A DNA stretch of 64,000 nucleotides, from the NCBI GenBank assembly GCA_038496445.1, contig JALMLS010000064.1, forward strand, positions 434,001-498,000. Direction: 5' to 3'. A model generated the notes under the pieces. That model made no database searches and was not told the DNA's origin. It worked only from the letters and a program-made list of their open reading frames with translations. The first letter of the stretch is position 1, and each line of letters starts with the position of its first letter. The translations under genes and the position numbers were made by a program. Source of the DNA: Trichosphaerium sp. ATCC 40318. Its lineage: Eukaryota > Protista > Tubulinea. This document shows positions 52,252 to 64,000 of the stretch, piece by piece.

Positions 52252-53226
52252 AATAAGGCTCAGCCTTCTTCATCAAAATCGTAACTTTACAAAAAGGATG
52301 TGCCACGCTCGGTCGTTCTTGGTCAAGAATTGCAATTCGTACCCTTCTCAGGGTTTTAGTTGCAACTTAAAATAGTTTCACTACGAATTTCAGACGTAAG
52401 TCGCGTTAAAAACGTAGGTGTGAACCGGCACATTGATCTATACCTTAAATAGGGAAAAAAAACCTGTTCGTTGCAAACGATTTCGTCTTTTTGAGAAAAA
52501 AAAACGAGTTTCAGCAAATTCCAAGTTATGCAACTCTACAACGAGGATCCAAAGTGTCTGTATATACCCAATGAATAGCGTGAGGTGATTTATATGCGAT
52601 TTTATGCATTTTTTGTTCGCCCACTATTAATTTTTTGGCAGATTTGAACACTTTAAAAGCTTGAAGCTATATTTAGTAAACAGAAAGGTGCTCAGTAGTA
52701 GTGGTTCATCGTAATTAAAAAACATAATACAATCATACATAAGTATAACTTGCAAGAACGCCAGACCTCTCTGCTGAGAGGTCGCCCCACCACACTACGC
52801 TATCACCTTTTTGCAAAAAATCAAAATGTTGTTTATATATTGTGTATTACCTTAGCTTTCATACCTCGTCCTTGGGACGTTGTAGAGCCACGCGATACAG
52901 CATTTAAACTGTTGATGAAAGGTCAAAGGATGCAAGTCTATTTTCTAAATTGTTATATTGTTCAACGGAGTAATTGGAACTTCTGACCCAAACGTCAACT
53001 GTTGGTTTCTCCGTGAAAGCTGCCTCTGACCTTTAATATAAAACAATCAATTTGCAACCATCTTTAACCATTAGACGCCTAACAAAGCTGACATACACGT
53101 GCCTATGCTAAATTTTATATCGTGACATCACGTGCTTAAGGCGGACGAAAAGTGAAGAGAAAAGTAAGTTAAGTGCTATCTTGTCAACAGCTTTCACCTC
53201 TAACTGTACTAAACATAAGCCAAACT

Positions 53227-55146
53227 ATGCGTACTTTACTTCTTTTGGCTGTTTTATGCTACACCGCCTTTGGTACTGTCTCATACAACCGTAATTAAGA
53301 TTATAACTGCATCTAGCTGCCAAAACATTGACGGTATTTCCTTGTAGTCAAAGAGAATGCACTACACTTGCTTCTTCACTTGCCAACACTGGCATAGACG
53401 TTCGTAGCTTTACCTCATTGGGTGTATTTGCCATTCAAGATGACGAAACGTCATTACGCTCTGGAAGTGTCCACGTAAGCCCATATTGTCCTCATCTTGA
53501 TCATTACGCGGTTTGGCAACGAGAATTCGCTTGGGAAAATGATGAAGCATTTACAACCGAACTAAACACTTTACAAAAGGTACTGTCAAGTTTTTACTAT
53601 TATTTACAAGTGTCATACAAGTTTAATTACATTACTAACTGATACCACAAGATATTCCACATGACATATGTCCCAGTTGTTGGTGAGATGTACATACTTC
53701 GATCTAATGAGACGATGAACGTCTTTAACTTTATTGGACGCAACACCGTTGCAGTGAAGCTTTTGGAGGTGACCACCAAATCGGGGTTTTAATCTTCCTG
53801 ATTTTTGTTAGCATCCTTACGTGCCTGCACCTGAACGATACACAGAAGAAATCAAAGCAAAAAATCCAGCCATTGAGAAAATATTGAGTGCAGTTGATCC
53901 AGGCACGTGACTTAGTAACTAAGCGAAACGCTCTATTTTTTTTTGTTGACTTTCCTGTTTATAGCTGAAATGAAGAAACAACTTGATTACTTGACAAGTG
54001 AATCCATTTTCACACGCAACAGCTACTCTCAAGGGTATCTACCACATACTTCTTAATAACAGAGATACTAACCATTGAGAATAGTGCTATTGCAGCATCA
54101 AAATACCTCCGTGAAACATACGAATCATACGGATTTACAGCAACTCTTGAATCCTTCAGAACAGATATGTCTGATAACGTCGTTGCCATACTTCAAGGAA
54201 GTGAATTGCCAAATGAAGTTGTTGTTTTAGGAGCTCACTATGACTCTAGAGGTACATTACAGACAGAGCAATTCTTTCCTTGTCTAAAGCTGTTCTTCTC
54301 GTGCAGGTCCTTCAAGAAACTCACCAACTCAGAGAGCACCTGGCGCTAATGACGATGGATCAGGTACAGCTCTTTTACTCGAATTTGCTCGCTTGGTCAA
54401 AAGTCTGGACATCAAATTCAGGTACGCTGTTACTTGTTCGCGTTTTTCATCTTGATGAACGCCTTTCATTCTCGATTGCAATTTTAAGCAGAACATGGGA
54501 GTTCACGTGTTCTTATACTCATTCTTAGGCGTACTATCCATATCGTTTCTTTCGGAGGAGAAGAACAAGGTCTCATTGGAAGCAGAGCATACGCTAACAA
54601 ACTTGCTTCGCAAAACGTGAATGTATATGCTATGTTACAAAGTAAGTTAGCCAATACATATTTATGTTGTGGCGTATGCTAATAAAACATCAAGGCGACA
54701 TGGTCGCATATCGAAGACCAGGCGAGGTTACACAACTAGCATTCCCTTCGACAATCACCACACCTTGGGTACAACGGGTACTTACAAACCAAATATTTAA
54801 ATTTTCATGAACATCATTTTTTATGTTTAGGTGTGCGAAGATACTACTCGTCTCTATGTACCAGCTATAACTGTTGGTATCACTCCTGCATGTTGTTCTG
54901 ACCATCAGTCATTTATCGAAGCTGGATTCCCTGCAACACAATTATTCGAGAGGTATGTCAAAAATACAAACTCACGTGTTCATTTGTATTAACTCTGGAT
55001 GGTATAGAAATGGACCAATTGCTGACCCTCAGTACCACAAGAGTGAAGACATTGTTGATCGTTTGGGTTACGATATCGAAGGAGAGCTATACCAAATTAC
55101 AAAAGCTCTTATTGCATCAGCATGTGAACTCTCTGAAGTTGTTTAA
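53227..55146 (+). CDS. Secreted M28-family metallo-aminopeptidase, copy 2 (tandem paralog)
   Basis: Same exon structure and motifs (GAHYDSRG, GANDDGSG, GEEQG, SDHQSF, YHKSED); near-identical to copy 1 over long stretches. Confidence 0.92.
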
Positions 55147-55520
55147 ATAAAATAAGCTACAAGCCTTATTCATTACGAATAAAACATAAACATATTTGAT
55201 ACTGTACAATGCTGAGCTAGTGGTATCAATTGAACTGCGCCTTTGAGTATGTTACAAAGAAAACAATCGTCATTCTGTACCACTTAGAGCTCAACAAAAA
55301 CAATACAATTAGAGTAAAGAAAAAAACAAGAACAAATGCTTCAATCTGCCAAAATTTTATTTACCTCAACCACACTGAGCGACAGCCGACTTTTTTTTCT
55401 TTTGGACGATTCTAATGTTGGGTTTTTTTTTTTACACAAGAGATGGGGAGATAAAAAAATGTCTTTGGGTTTGCACATGTACAAAAACGTAAGGTAAACG
55501 GCCTTTTATAAAAAAAACCC

Positions 55521-57202
55521 TCACATTGGTATAGAGGTATCTAGTCCTGCGAAGGCATCACCACCAATAGCTTGGTGGGCAGGAGGAGCAGCTGGTGTTG
55601 GTGCTGGCGTCGGTGTTGGGGTTGGCGCAGGATTAGAGCTCTCTACTGCTGGAGGAGCGCTCTGTTGCTCTGTGACCTGTGGTGTAGGTACAGGTGCAGG
55701 TGCCTGTTCCTGAGGCGTTGGCACTGGCTCTGGAGCTGGAGTAGGTGCTGCTTGTTCTTGAGGTGTTGGCACTGGCTCTGGAGCAGGTGCTGCTTGTTCC
55801 TGAGGTGCTGCCTGTTCCTGAGGCGTTGGCGCTGGTGTAGGCGCTGGAGCTGGTGCCTGCTCCTGAGGTGCTGCCTGTTCCTGAGGTGTTGGCACTGGTG
55901 TAGGTGCAGGTGCCTGTTCTTGAGCAGGCGGAGCTTGCACTTGAGGTGTAGGCGTTGGTTCTGGTGTAGGTGTAGGCTCAGGTTGTGTTGGTGTTTCGTT
56001 TAACGCTTCACTTGCATCAGGCATGGGTACATCAGCTGTTGTTGTCTGTTCTGGAGCAGGTTGTGGTACTTGTTGTTGTTGTGCTGCTGGTTCAACTTTT
56101 GGTTGTAGATCCGCAGCTGGATTGGTTTGAGTAGGTGCGTTTTGTTGAGGTGCCTGCTGTTGCTGTGGTGGTTGTTGTTGCTGTTGAGCGCCTGTGTTAA
56201 ACGCTGGAGGTTGTTGGCTTTCTTGCTTTATTGTAGAATCAATTTGCATTTGTTGTTGTTGTTGCCCTACAACAGTTTCTTTAATACACTTTACACATCA
56301 AGTATAAACAAAGATTTTTGGTTTCATCAAGTTGAGTAAATAAAAAGAGGGGAAATAATAAAACTCACCTTCCGGTTTTACTTCTGTACGTTGCCTCTTT
56401 ACTTCGATTTCAGCAGGAGCTGGATCTTCCATTTTTCGCTTTTGTCCAACTGTTGGTTGATTTTGTGCATAGTTACCAGTCATAGCGCTCCCAGGTGTAT
56501 GGCTGCCCAAGTTTGAAACTTGCATTGAAGCTTCAGCCAAGCCGCCCAAAGACGTAGCAGCAGCCGTTGCTTGTGGAGCAGCAGCTTCCGCATTCTTAGC
56601 TTTGATCGCGTGCCATTCGTGCTCGTAGAGCCATCTGCGAAACAACGTTTAGGCGCCTATCCAACCAATGCGCCGCTGTATACATACCTGTCTGTATTGC
56701 CGTCTTTGTTACAGTGATCAGCTTCGTATAGAGGGACTTCTTCTATGTCTCCTGTATCAAATTGAACGCTAGAGGGTATTAGATTCGCGAATCGTCTGTA
56801 GTTTCGTCTGTTGACGTACCTGAATTTTGTACTGACGCGATCGTAGCCAATAACTTTACCAGGGAAGTAATCACCACAATCTTGGTACCACAAGGCAAGC
56901 CTCTTACCTACGGCATCATCTGGATGTCCTATTGACTATGAGATGACGCTGGAGATTAGAACGGTTTAACGTACGCGGAGCGAGTTGTAATTGAACAGTT
57001 TGGTGGCAATGAGGACACTTCGACCATACAGTAAGTTCCCTACGTAAAATGAGCCCAAGAAAAAAACCGCGGGTTAAGTGGCGCACTTGTTTGATTTGTT
57101 TGTGTTCTCCACTCCGAAGAGTTTCTGACATTCACGAACACCGCATTTGATGAATATTATACGGTTGCAACCCGGTGGGGAGCTATTTCGATTGTTAGAC
57201 AT
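55521..57202 (-). CDS. Zn-ribbon + Tudor-like domain protein with Pro/Ala/Gln/Thr-rich repetitive tail
   Basis: KCGVRECQKLF...SKCPHC; AVGKRLALWYQDCGDYFPGKVIGYD..SVQFDTGDIEEVPL (Tudor-like); KRK NLS-like motif; PTPQEQAAP repeats. Confidence 0.75.
55600..55990 (-). repeat. Coding repeat encoding PQEQA(A)PAP(E/T)PVPT units
   Basis: cctcaggaacaggcag(c)acc / ccagtgccaacacctc units repeated in the last exon. Confidence 0.85.
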
Positions 57203-57979
57203 GTTACAGACCTAATCTTCAATTGGGGCGCTAGTAGTTGTAAGTGTTAAACATGAAAAGGATTTGACAAGTAGCAACAAAAAAAGAAGGAATAAAGCAT
57301 CGAATAAGAATGAAAAGCCATTATATAATCATGTGGGTGCATGTTAAGAGCTCTGGCGTTTCAGCATAGCCGTTAAAGAGAAATGCCGTCATTTTTAAGC
57401 TGAGAGTGCATGTGAGGCTCCTGCCATGTGGCCAGAAGCACGTTGCTTGATGAGCAGTTTGTGCGTTTAAAGCGTTTCTTTGTTGCTCCTGGCCACTCAG
57501 CGTATTTACAACCCAAAAATATAATAGTACAATGCATTTGAAATGATATTGGAGCCAAGAAAACAAGCAAACAACACATCGGCAGTGTTAGGTTTCAAAT
57601 CAAACATACGTACATTGTTCATATAATTACAAAAACACCAACCTTAGAGCTGTAGTTTGCCGCGAGGAAAACGAGATGAACTTTAAGTTGATATTTTTTT
57701 CGCTTTAAGTTAGTCACCACACGAGACATACAGTCCATTTTGCAAGTGCGCTTTCCTAAATAGCGTAGCACACAAACGCTGCTAAGCATTCAGCACAACA
57801 TAGAACGTTATTGGTGCGTGCACTTTATGAATTTAACAATAAGAGTAAAGTTTGCCCCTAAAAATGATCTTTTTCGCTTTTTAGCTTATGAACGCAACAA
57901 TATTGTTGAACGTCGGTCAACTACAGTAATTTAATTTCTAAAGTCTGAATAGCGTGTACACAATCGCCAGGGCTAACTC

Positions 57980-60279
57980 ATGGCGGAACCACAACCAAAG
58001 CCGCGCCGTCAGAAGTCGAAGGAGCGAAAACGTACTAAACGCCTTCCGGAAGAGCGAAATGGAAAAACAAACGACGATGCAGCTAGTCCCATCGCAAAAG
58101 TAAAAAGAGGCAGAAGTGGCTCTAAAATAAAATTAAATGGGTCAAGCAAGGATAATAAGAAGGAAACCGTGTCCGGCGAAGCTAGTTCTACAGTTAAGAC
58201 CTCGTCTAAAACACAGACAACACCGAACAGCAATAACCAAGAATTACCTTCAGAGCCAAATTTAGAGATGAGTGGTTTTAAAGAGAAAACTGCAGGCCCT
58301 GTACAAATAGCTTTGGAACTGGAGGACATTGGTAAGCTACAAAAAAAAATTTTTGACCAACCGTATTAATTACGACCCTACTTATTCACCACTTGTAGTG
58401 CAACAAAAATCTCTCCTGTTACTCTTCAGAGATTACCTACACGAAATATACAGTGGCGAGAATCTCGCCTTTTGGTTAGAAGCAGGTACGAAATGCTTAA
58501 AAAACCATCACTACTTGCCACTCAAAGACCGAAATGTCCATGCATTTACTCGTTTGTCTTTTGATAACAAACTATTTGACCAAATTTGCCATGCTTATCA
58601 AACTCTTTTTACGTACTACCTCTACTTGTTCTACAAAGTCGTCAAAACCAGTGATTCGATTGTAAAAAATGTATTTTTATTCCAATCGTATTAATTCACA
58701 TCTGTTGAATTTCTGAATATCCTATCCTTAGAGTTATACAAGAACTTGCCCCTAAAGAAACGCCCTTTACGCGCTAGAGAAATATTTCGAACATTTCTTG
58801 ACTCTGAGAATAGCAAGAGCAGATTGGTTAATGTGGACAATAAAGACGTTGTAGAGGTGCGTTTTAGCGTGTTTTTCTTTTTTTTTTGAAAAGAAAAAAA
58901 AAAACCTTCACACGGCACGTGTGGATTTTCTGTTTTCTGATAGTAGTACTTTAGGCTATAAAAACAAATCTTGATACTGGTGATGAAGGACTATTCACGC
59001 TAGCTCAAAACAGAATATGGGGTTTACTAAAACTTGAGAGTTATCCGCGCTTCTTACGTAATTGTGAGCCGTTCCACTTCTATGTCAAGTGTAATGCTGT
59101 TCCTAAACTGGTACGCCTTTTCATTATCTCCAAAAAAGTATTTGTTTTACTGATTGTGGATTTTCTAAAGACGAAGGAGAGACGTGATGAGTTGAAGCGC
59201 AGTAACACCGTTACTAACATTAACGAATTTTTGAAAAAGTTAAAGGAGAATAAAAGAAAGGGTATTGTACGTATTGCTTCTTCTTTAGCGGAGGATTCTT
59301 ATTTGGGGTTTTTATTATTTTTTGATTTTTTATTTATTTTGTTTACTTTGCTTTATTTCGAGCCTAAAAGGTTTTATAGGTATTCAAGCCAGCTGCTATA
59401 GTAGAAGCGCCAAAGGAGAAGTCCGAAGAGTGCGTGTTAACTAATATGTTGCGAGGTTTGCTAAATTGTTTTATTTTAGAGATGAAGAAAATCTGTATGA
59501 TCAACCTGATGTTGAGGAAATTTTAGACGATAGGGAGCTATTACTTGCGTTTCGCGAGTTTTTATACACAACTTACGCTAACGAAAATTTGGCGTTTTGG
59601 CTAGAAGCCGGTACGTTCTTGTTTATACTTTTAGTAGCTCTACTTACTTATTAAACCGATGTTTTAGAACTTTATCGACAAATTAAAAGCAAGAAAGAGC
59701 TAAAAAGCAGGTGTAAAGAAATTTACGATAAGTTTTGTAAACCGGAGAGTCTACAAGCAATTAACCTTGATTGGTCTACCCAAAATGTGCGTTACTCTCA
59801 CTATCCCCTTTTTTTTAAAATTTTAATGATTTTCGTTTTTCTTTCTTCTTTTTGGTTTAGAGAAACGGAATCCTTACTCTTGTTACTAGCGCTTGGCTAG
59901 CGATGTCAAGACGTTCAGTTCTAAGACATTTGAAGTCGCGCAACAGGAGATTTGGAAAGTATTAAAGAACGAATGGTTCCCTGAGTTCTGTCTATCACAG
60001 CATTTTAAAGATCTCGAATGTACGTACAACAGTCACTCCACGTTGATGACCTTTTACTCACGTTATATTACGTAACTCCCACCATGTGGTGAAAACGGGA
60101 GTAAAAAACACCGACGTTGGATTTTTTGTTTGCTTCCAAGGTTTGTATTAACGCTTAGCATAGCTGGAGATTTAGAGTTTAAAGAAACTAAACCCACCGC
60201 GGACCCTGAGAGGAGAAATACTGTATTTTACTATGACGAACTACTTGCCTTGCGTACGGAGCAAGGTCTTGCCAATTAG
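57980..60279 (+). CDS. Regulator of G-protein signalling with two tandem RGS domains
   Basis: FRDYLHEIYSGENLAFWLEA..LFTLAQNRIWGLLKLESYPRFL and FREFLYTTYANENLAFWLEA..FEVAQQEIWKVLKNEWFPEF. Confidence 0.9.
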
Positions 60280-60529
60280 TGCACTTTTGCTGCCTGTAAA
60301 TTAAAAGTGTAATTTAGCAATACTTTTACTTTACTGTTTATTGTTCTTGTTTGGAAAACTATGGAGGCATGAATCATGTAGGGGATATGTGATTTGGTTG
60401 TCAGTCAGGCGTTGGCCGTTGGCCGTTTTTAAGTTCTCCAGTTTTTTTTGGTCCACCACATTCGAGCCGTCTTTTTTTAGTTGAATTCAAAGTAGTTCTA
60501 GCCTTGGTGTTCACGGCACGCTTGGCGTA

Positions 60530-61589
60530 ATGCGTGGTAACAGAAACACGCGAGGACGCGGACCGTCCTCTGCGCGAATGATAATGATAGCATTCGGTGT
60601 AATGTTCATCTTTATGATTGGTTTCATTACACTATCAGCGCCGGGAGAAACTACTGTTCAAACAATTGAACCAGTTAAACAAACGTTACAAAAAGTAAAA
60701 CGCTCAGATGAAGGGAAAATTGATCCAATCACTAAGACTGATAATAACGTGGCTGTAGATGGTTTTTACTCGCTTTCGGCCTTAGATATTGACGGAAAGC
60801 TTGTAAAGTTTAGTGACTTCAAAGATAAGGTATTGGTAGCCATTTGTGCCAATTAATAACGTGTTTAGGTGGTACTCGTAGTAAACGTGGCATCTTTCTG
60901 AGGTATACGCCAGTTTCGAAACGTCACTAGCTTACTTTACGCTTGTAGGTTACACTGATTCCAATTATAAACAGCTGGTTGAATTCGATAAGGAATATCG
61001 TTCAAAAGGCTTAGTAATATTGGGATTCCCTTGTAATCAATTCGGAGAGCAAGGTACATTTATCGGCAGTAAAAACCGTTTCAAAAAGACAAAAATGCGT
61101 TAACGTGACTCTAATTTTGGCATTAGAACCTGGCTCGAGACAAGAAATAAAAGACTTTGTTGCAAAATACGACGTCCAATTCACTCTTTTTGATAAGGTA
61201 CGCGAAACACATGAATGGTCAGAAAATGTTAGGAGGGTTTTTGATACAAGTTCAAAAAAAAATGCCGAAAAAATGCATTTTTGACACTCTTGTTATAGAT
61301 TGATGTTAACGGAGACGATACACACGAAGTTTGGACTTTCTTAAAGAACACCCTACACTTTAATAAAGTAGAATGGAACTTTGAAAAGGTTAAAACAGTT
61401 TTTTCTTCAGGAGTGCTTATTTTTTTCTAGTATCTTATTGACAGGTCTGGCATTCCTTTCAGACGCTATGTATCAGCCATAGAACCAAAAGAATTTGAGG
61501 TACAATCGTTTAATTAACCAAAATTTTTTGCACTTCAAATGTCTCATTTTTTGTTTTTTGTACAGGGCGATATTAAGCGTCTTCTTTAA
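60530..61589 (+). CDS. GPX: Selenocysteine-containing glutathione peroxidase with N-terminal signal-anchor (in-frame TGA 60899-60901 = Sec)
   Basis: [72 protein letters not shown] sits at the catalytic position and a SECIS follows the stop. Confidence 0.95.
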
Positions 61590-61600
61590 ATGCTACCCCA

Positions 61601-61668
61601 GCGTTCACGCTATGATGACAGTAACATAAACCATATGGTCGTTATTGTCGGATGAAAACAGTGAATGC
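61601..61668 (+). promoter_or_regulatory. Eukaryotic type-II SECIS element in the GPx 3' UTR
   Basis: Helix I gcgttcac/gtgaatgc; core ATGA(61612-61615)..GGAT(61650-61653); helix II gacagtaac/gttattgtc; AAA (61628-61630) 12 nt after ATGA; apical mini-stem cca-ta-tgg. Confidence 0.92.
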
Positions 61669-61911
61669 ACAAACTCTAGCGCCATTTTACAATTTTTTTG
61701 TAAAGTGGTCCGAAAAATAATAAAAAATCAAACGTATTTGTTGCGTTTTGATGCTAAGATATGCGTATTTGATTGCGGCAAGTGCAGTACAGCATTTTTG
61801 TAGAATTCAAACGTCAAGTAATTTCTCTTCGCTGCGATAATACTTAGTACACGGTTATAGAGTAGCTCACACCAGTACAGTCCCCTAAAAAACAAGATCT
61901 CCCACACCAAA

Positions 61912-63290
61912 ATGGCAACAACAAAGGTATTTGTAGGAAACCTAAGCTTCAGCTACACAGAAGCTGACCTCGGTAAAGAATTCGAACATATTGGCGAAGT
62001 GTACGCTTTGTTTTGCAAAAAAATAGTTTTGAGTTTTGGTAATTGATGCAAAAGTACAATTTACATTTGCTTTGAGCGCCCAGCTCACCAACGGGCCATG
62101 CCTACGCGGCCACAAACCGTTTTTTATGAATTGCCCTCGATCTGGGAAAGTTCCTACTTTCTGCATCGAATGCTACGTCACCACATACATCTGATGATAT
62201 TACTAGTACCGGCGCCCAAATTATTATGCAAGGCCGCAGATCACTTGGTTATGGCTTTGTCGAATTCGCCACTGCTGAAGATGCTCAAAAAGCAGTTGAC
62301 CAGATGAACAAGAAAGAACTAGGCGGTCGCGAGGTTAATGTTGAGTTTGCCAAACCTCCTCCAGAACGAAGCTCAGGCGAAGATGGAGAGGGAAGACGTG
62401 GTGGTCGTCGCGGAAGAGGCAGAGGCCGAGGCCGTGGACGTGGTCGTGGACGAGGATATCGCCGTCCACGCGAGAACACCGACGAAGAGGGTGACGAAGA
62501 AACAGAACGGTAAGAGTTCTCTCTTTGCGAAAATCCACACAATTTTAATTTTTTTTTGAATTCACCATTCCCTTTTTTTGTTTCTTCGTTCTTTTGCTTA
62601 TTTCTATTACAGTCCTCCTCGTCGTCGCGGTGGTCGTCGCTCTGATAATAAGGAAGAAGGAGACCGCCCAGAACGTGGTGGCAGAAGAGGTCGCGGTAGA
62701 GGTAAACGTACCCGCGTACCTGAAGAAGATCGGTGCGTTTAATATCCAATTAATTGTTTTTTTTTCTGATTTTCAAGACTTTTTAATTAATCAACGGCAA
62801 ACTGACCTCTTTCGACAGCCCAGACTCTGAGACTCTTCTCTTCGTTGCCAACTTACCTTGGGAATACGAAGACGATGATTTGATAAAGCTTTTCGAAGGT
62901 TTGAGCGTTGCTGAGGCTCACGTAGTCAAAACACGCACAGGACGCAGCAGAGGCTACGGTTTCGTTGAATTTGCTGATCAAGCAGCCCAACTTGAAGCTC
63001 TCAAGCAAGTTGATGGTAAAGAAGTCGACGGAAAGAATGGACAGCGCGCAATTTCTGTCAAGATTGCCCACAAGGGTGGTGATAAGTCCGAAGAGACCAA
63101 AACGGACGCTACTACCACTGAGGCCAAAGAAGAAACCTCAGAGGTTGCCACTGAAGAGGTTCCAGAGACCAAAGAGGAGGTTACAGAAGAGAAAGCCGCC
63201 CCAGTAGCTGCTGCTACTGAAGAGACCAAGGAGGAACCAAAAGAGGTTGAAGAGACCAAAGAAGCAGAAGAAAAACCTTCAACTGAATAG
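61912..63290 (+). CDS. RNA-binding protein with two RRMs flanking RGG/RG repeats and an acidic tail (Sbp1-like layout)
   Basis: KVFVGNLSF, RSLGYGFVEF, RGRGRGRGRG, LFVANLPW, RSRGYGFVEF. Confidence 0.92.
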
Positions 63291-63504
63291 ATCTTTATGA
63301 CCCCACTAAGAACCATTTATTAAACAAAATATTGATAATATCATTTTATTGTGGTTTGTTTTTTTGTCAAAAACGTGCGCTTGGAGGCTGCGTTATGTTC
63401 TCTTTCTTAAAGTATTGGGAGGAGCGTGAAAGTGTTATTGGCACGCGGTTTTTTTTTTGAAAAGGTCATTTTTTGGTTTGGGTGATGGACTCAAACTCGC
63501 TTCT

Positions 63505-64000
63505 CTACGCTGGTCTTGGGAATTGTTTTGCACTGTCTTCATGTAGTCTATCCTTGTATGATTGTGTGAGATGAACTGTGATCCTGTCGCGGACGCCAAA
63601 ACCCGTGGCGTATTAACACAGACTTAGAACCTTAGTCTTGCAGTTTCATGAAAACTCCAAAAATTTCGTGTGTCAACCCCAGAAGTTATTGTTTTAAAGC
63701 CCCAACACTATACACCACATATACTACTTTGTAGTAGCGTATCATCTTACACACAATCAAAAAATGTTGCGTATTTCGGCGCTATTCGCAATTTTATGTT
63801 TATGGACTGTTTTCGCTTCAAATCATACTGTTCCTTCCAATGCAACACAGTGCACTACCACAGCGGACTGTTTACCATGGGTTTGCCGTCACTCTATTTG
63901 CGAGTACGTAAAAAGCTTAAAATTACTGCGCACGTGACCCACACACGTGCGAAATAGGCCTTGCTCTGTTGATGCGCGTCTTTGCGTGGCTGAACAGAAT
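63505..64000 (-). CDS. 3' exons of a hypothetical gene continuing beyond the window
   Basis: Phase-consistent GT-AG exons HWKEQYDLKRKQSINIKLRIAPKYATFFDC / CWGFKTITSGVDTRNFWSFHETARL / RITVHLTQSYKDRLHEDSAKQFPRPA*. Confidence 0.5.

Noticed and set aside
52252-53226. Spacer between the M28 copies (ORF 52750-52986) as a gene or transposon
   Set aside because: No ATG-led ORF with recognisable motifs and no terminal repeats.
55572-56003. Cys/Trp/Arg-rich plus-strand ORF, and similar antisense ORFs at 2417-2846 and 62285-63316
   Set aside because: Shadow frames of low-complexity coding repeats on the opposite strand.
63480-63660. Stem-rich stretch as an ncRNA or SECIS
   Set aside because: Better explained as phase-consistent minus-strand exons and an intron; SECIS spacing is not satisfied.

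Overview
Gene-dense, AT-rich, intron-rich eukaryotic nuclear DNA with the standard code, short spliceosomal introns (mostly ~30-120 nt, GTACGT/GTAAGT/GTATGT donors) and ~100-500 bp intergenic gaps. The gene set fits a free-living protist, possibly an amoebozoan; that is inference only. About 27 protein genes were reconstructed by eye: C2+arrestin, TRM112, syntaxin-16, DUF1765-like, a ZnT5/7-type CDF transporter, a bacterial-type ureohydrolase-like protein, a 12.7-kb BEACH gene, a helical-repeat + PD-(D/E)XK-like nuclease, FAM204A-like, XPG/RAD2, F-box/LRR, WD40, FAM210-like, two tandem M28 peptidases, a Tudor protein, a double-RGS protein, a selenocysteine GPx with a clear SECIS, and an RRM/RGG protein. 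The most unusual items are: (i) an intron-free ~3.8-kb island (10.85-14.66 kb) with an F-box + histone-H3-like fold + ankyrin gene, broken by three +1 frameshifts, next to a small toxin-domain-like gene; (ii) a membrane-anchored Sec-GPx; (iii) a recurring GCACGTG class of GC-AG splice donors, within a window-wide excess of CACGTG; (iv) the repeat-array nuclease. Exon boundaries were read manually and no database searches were run, so family calls rest on remembered motifs.
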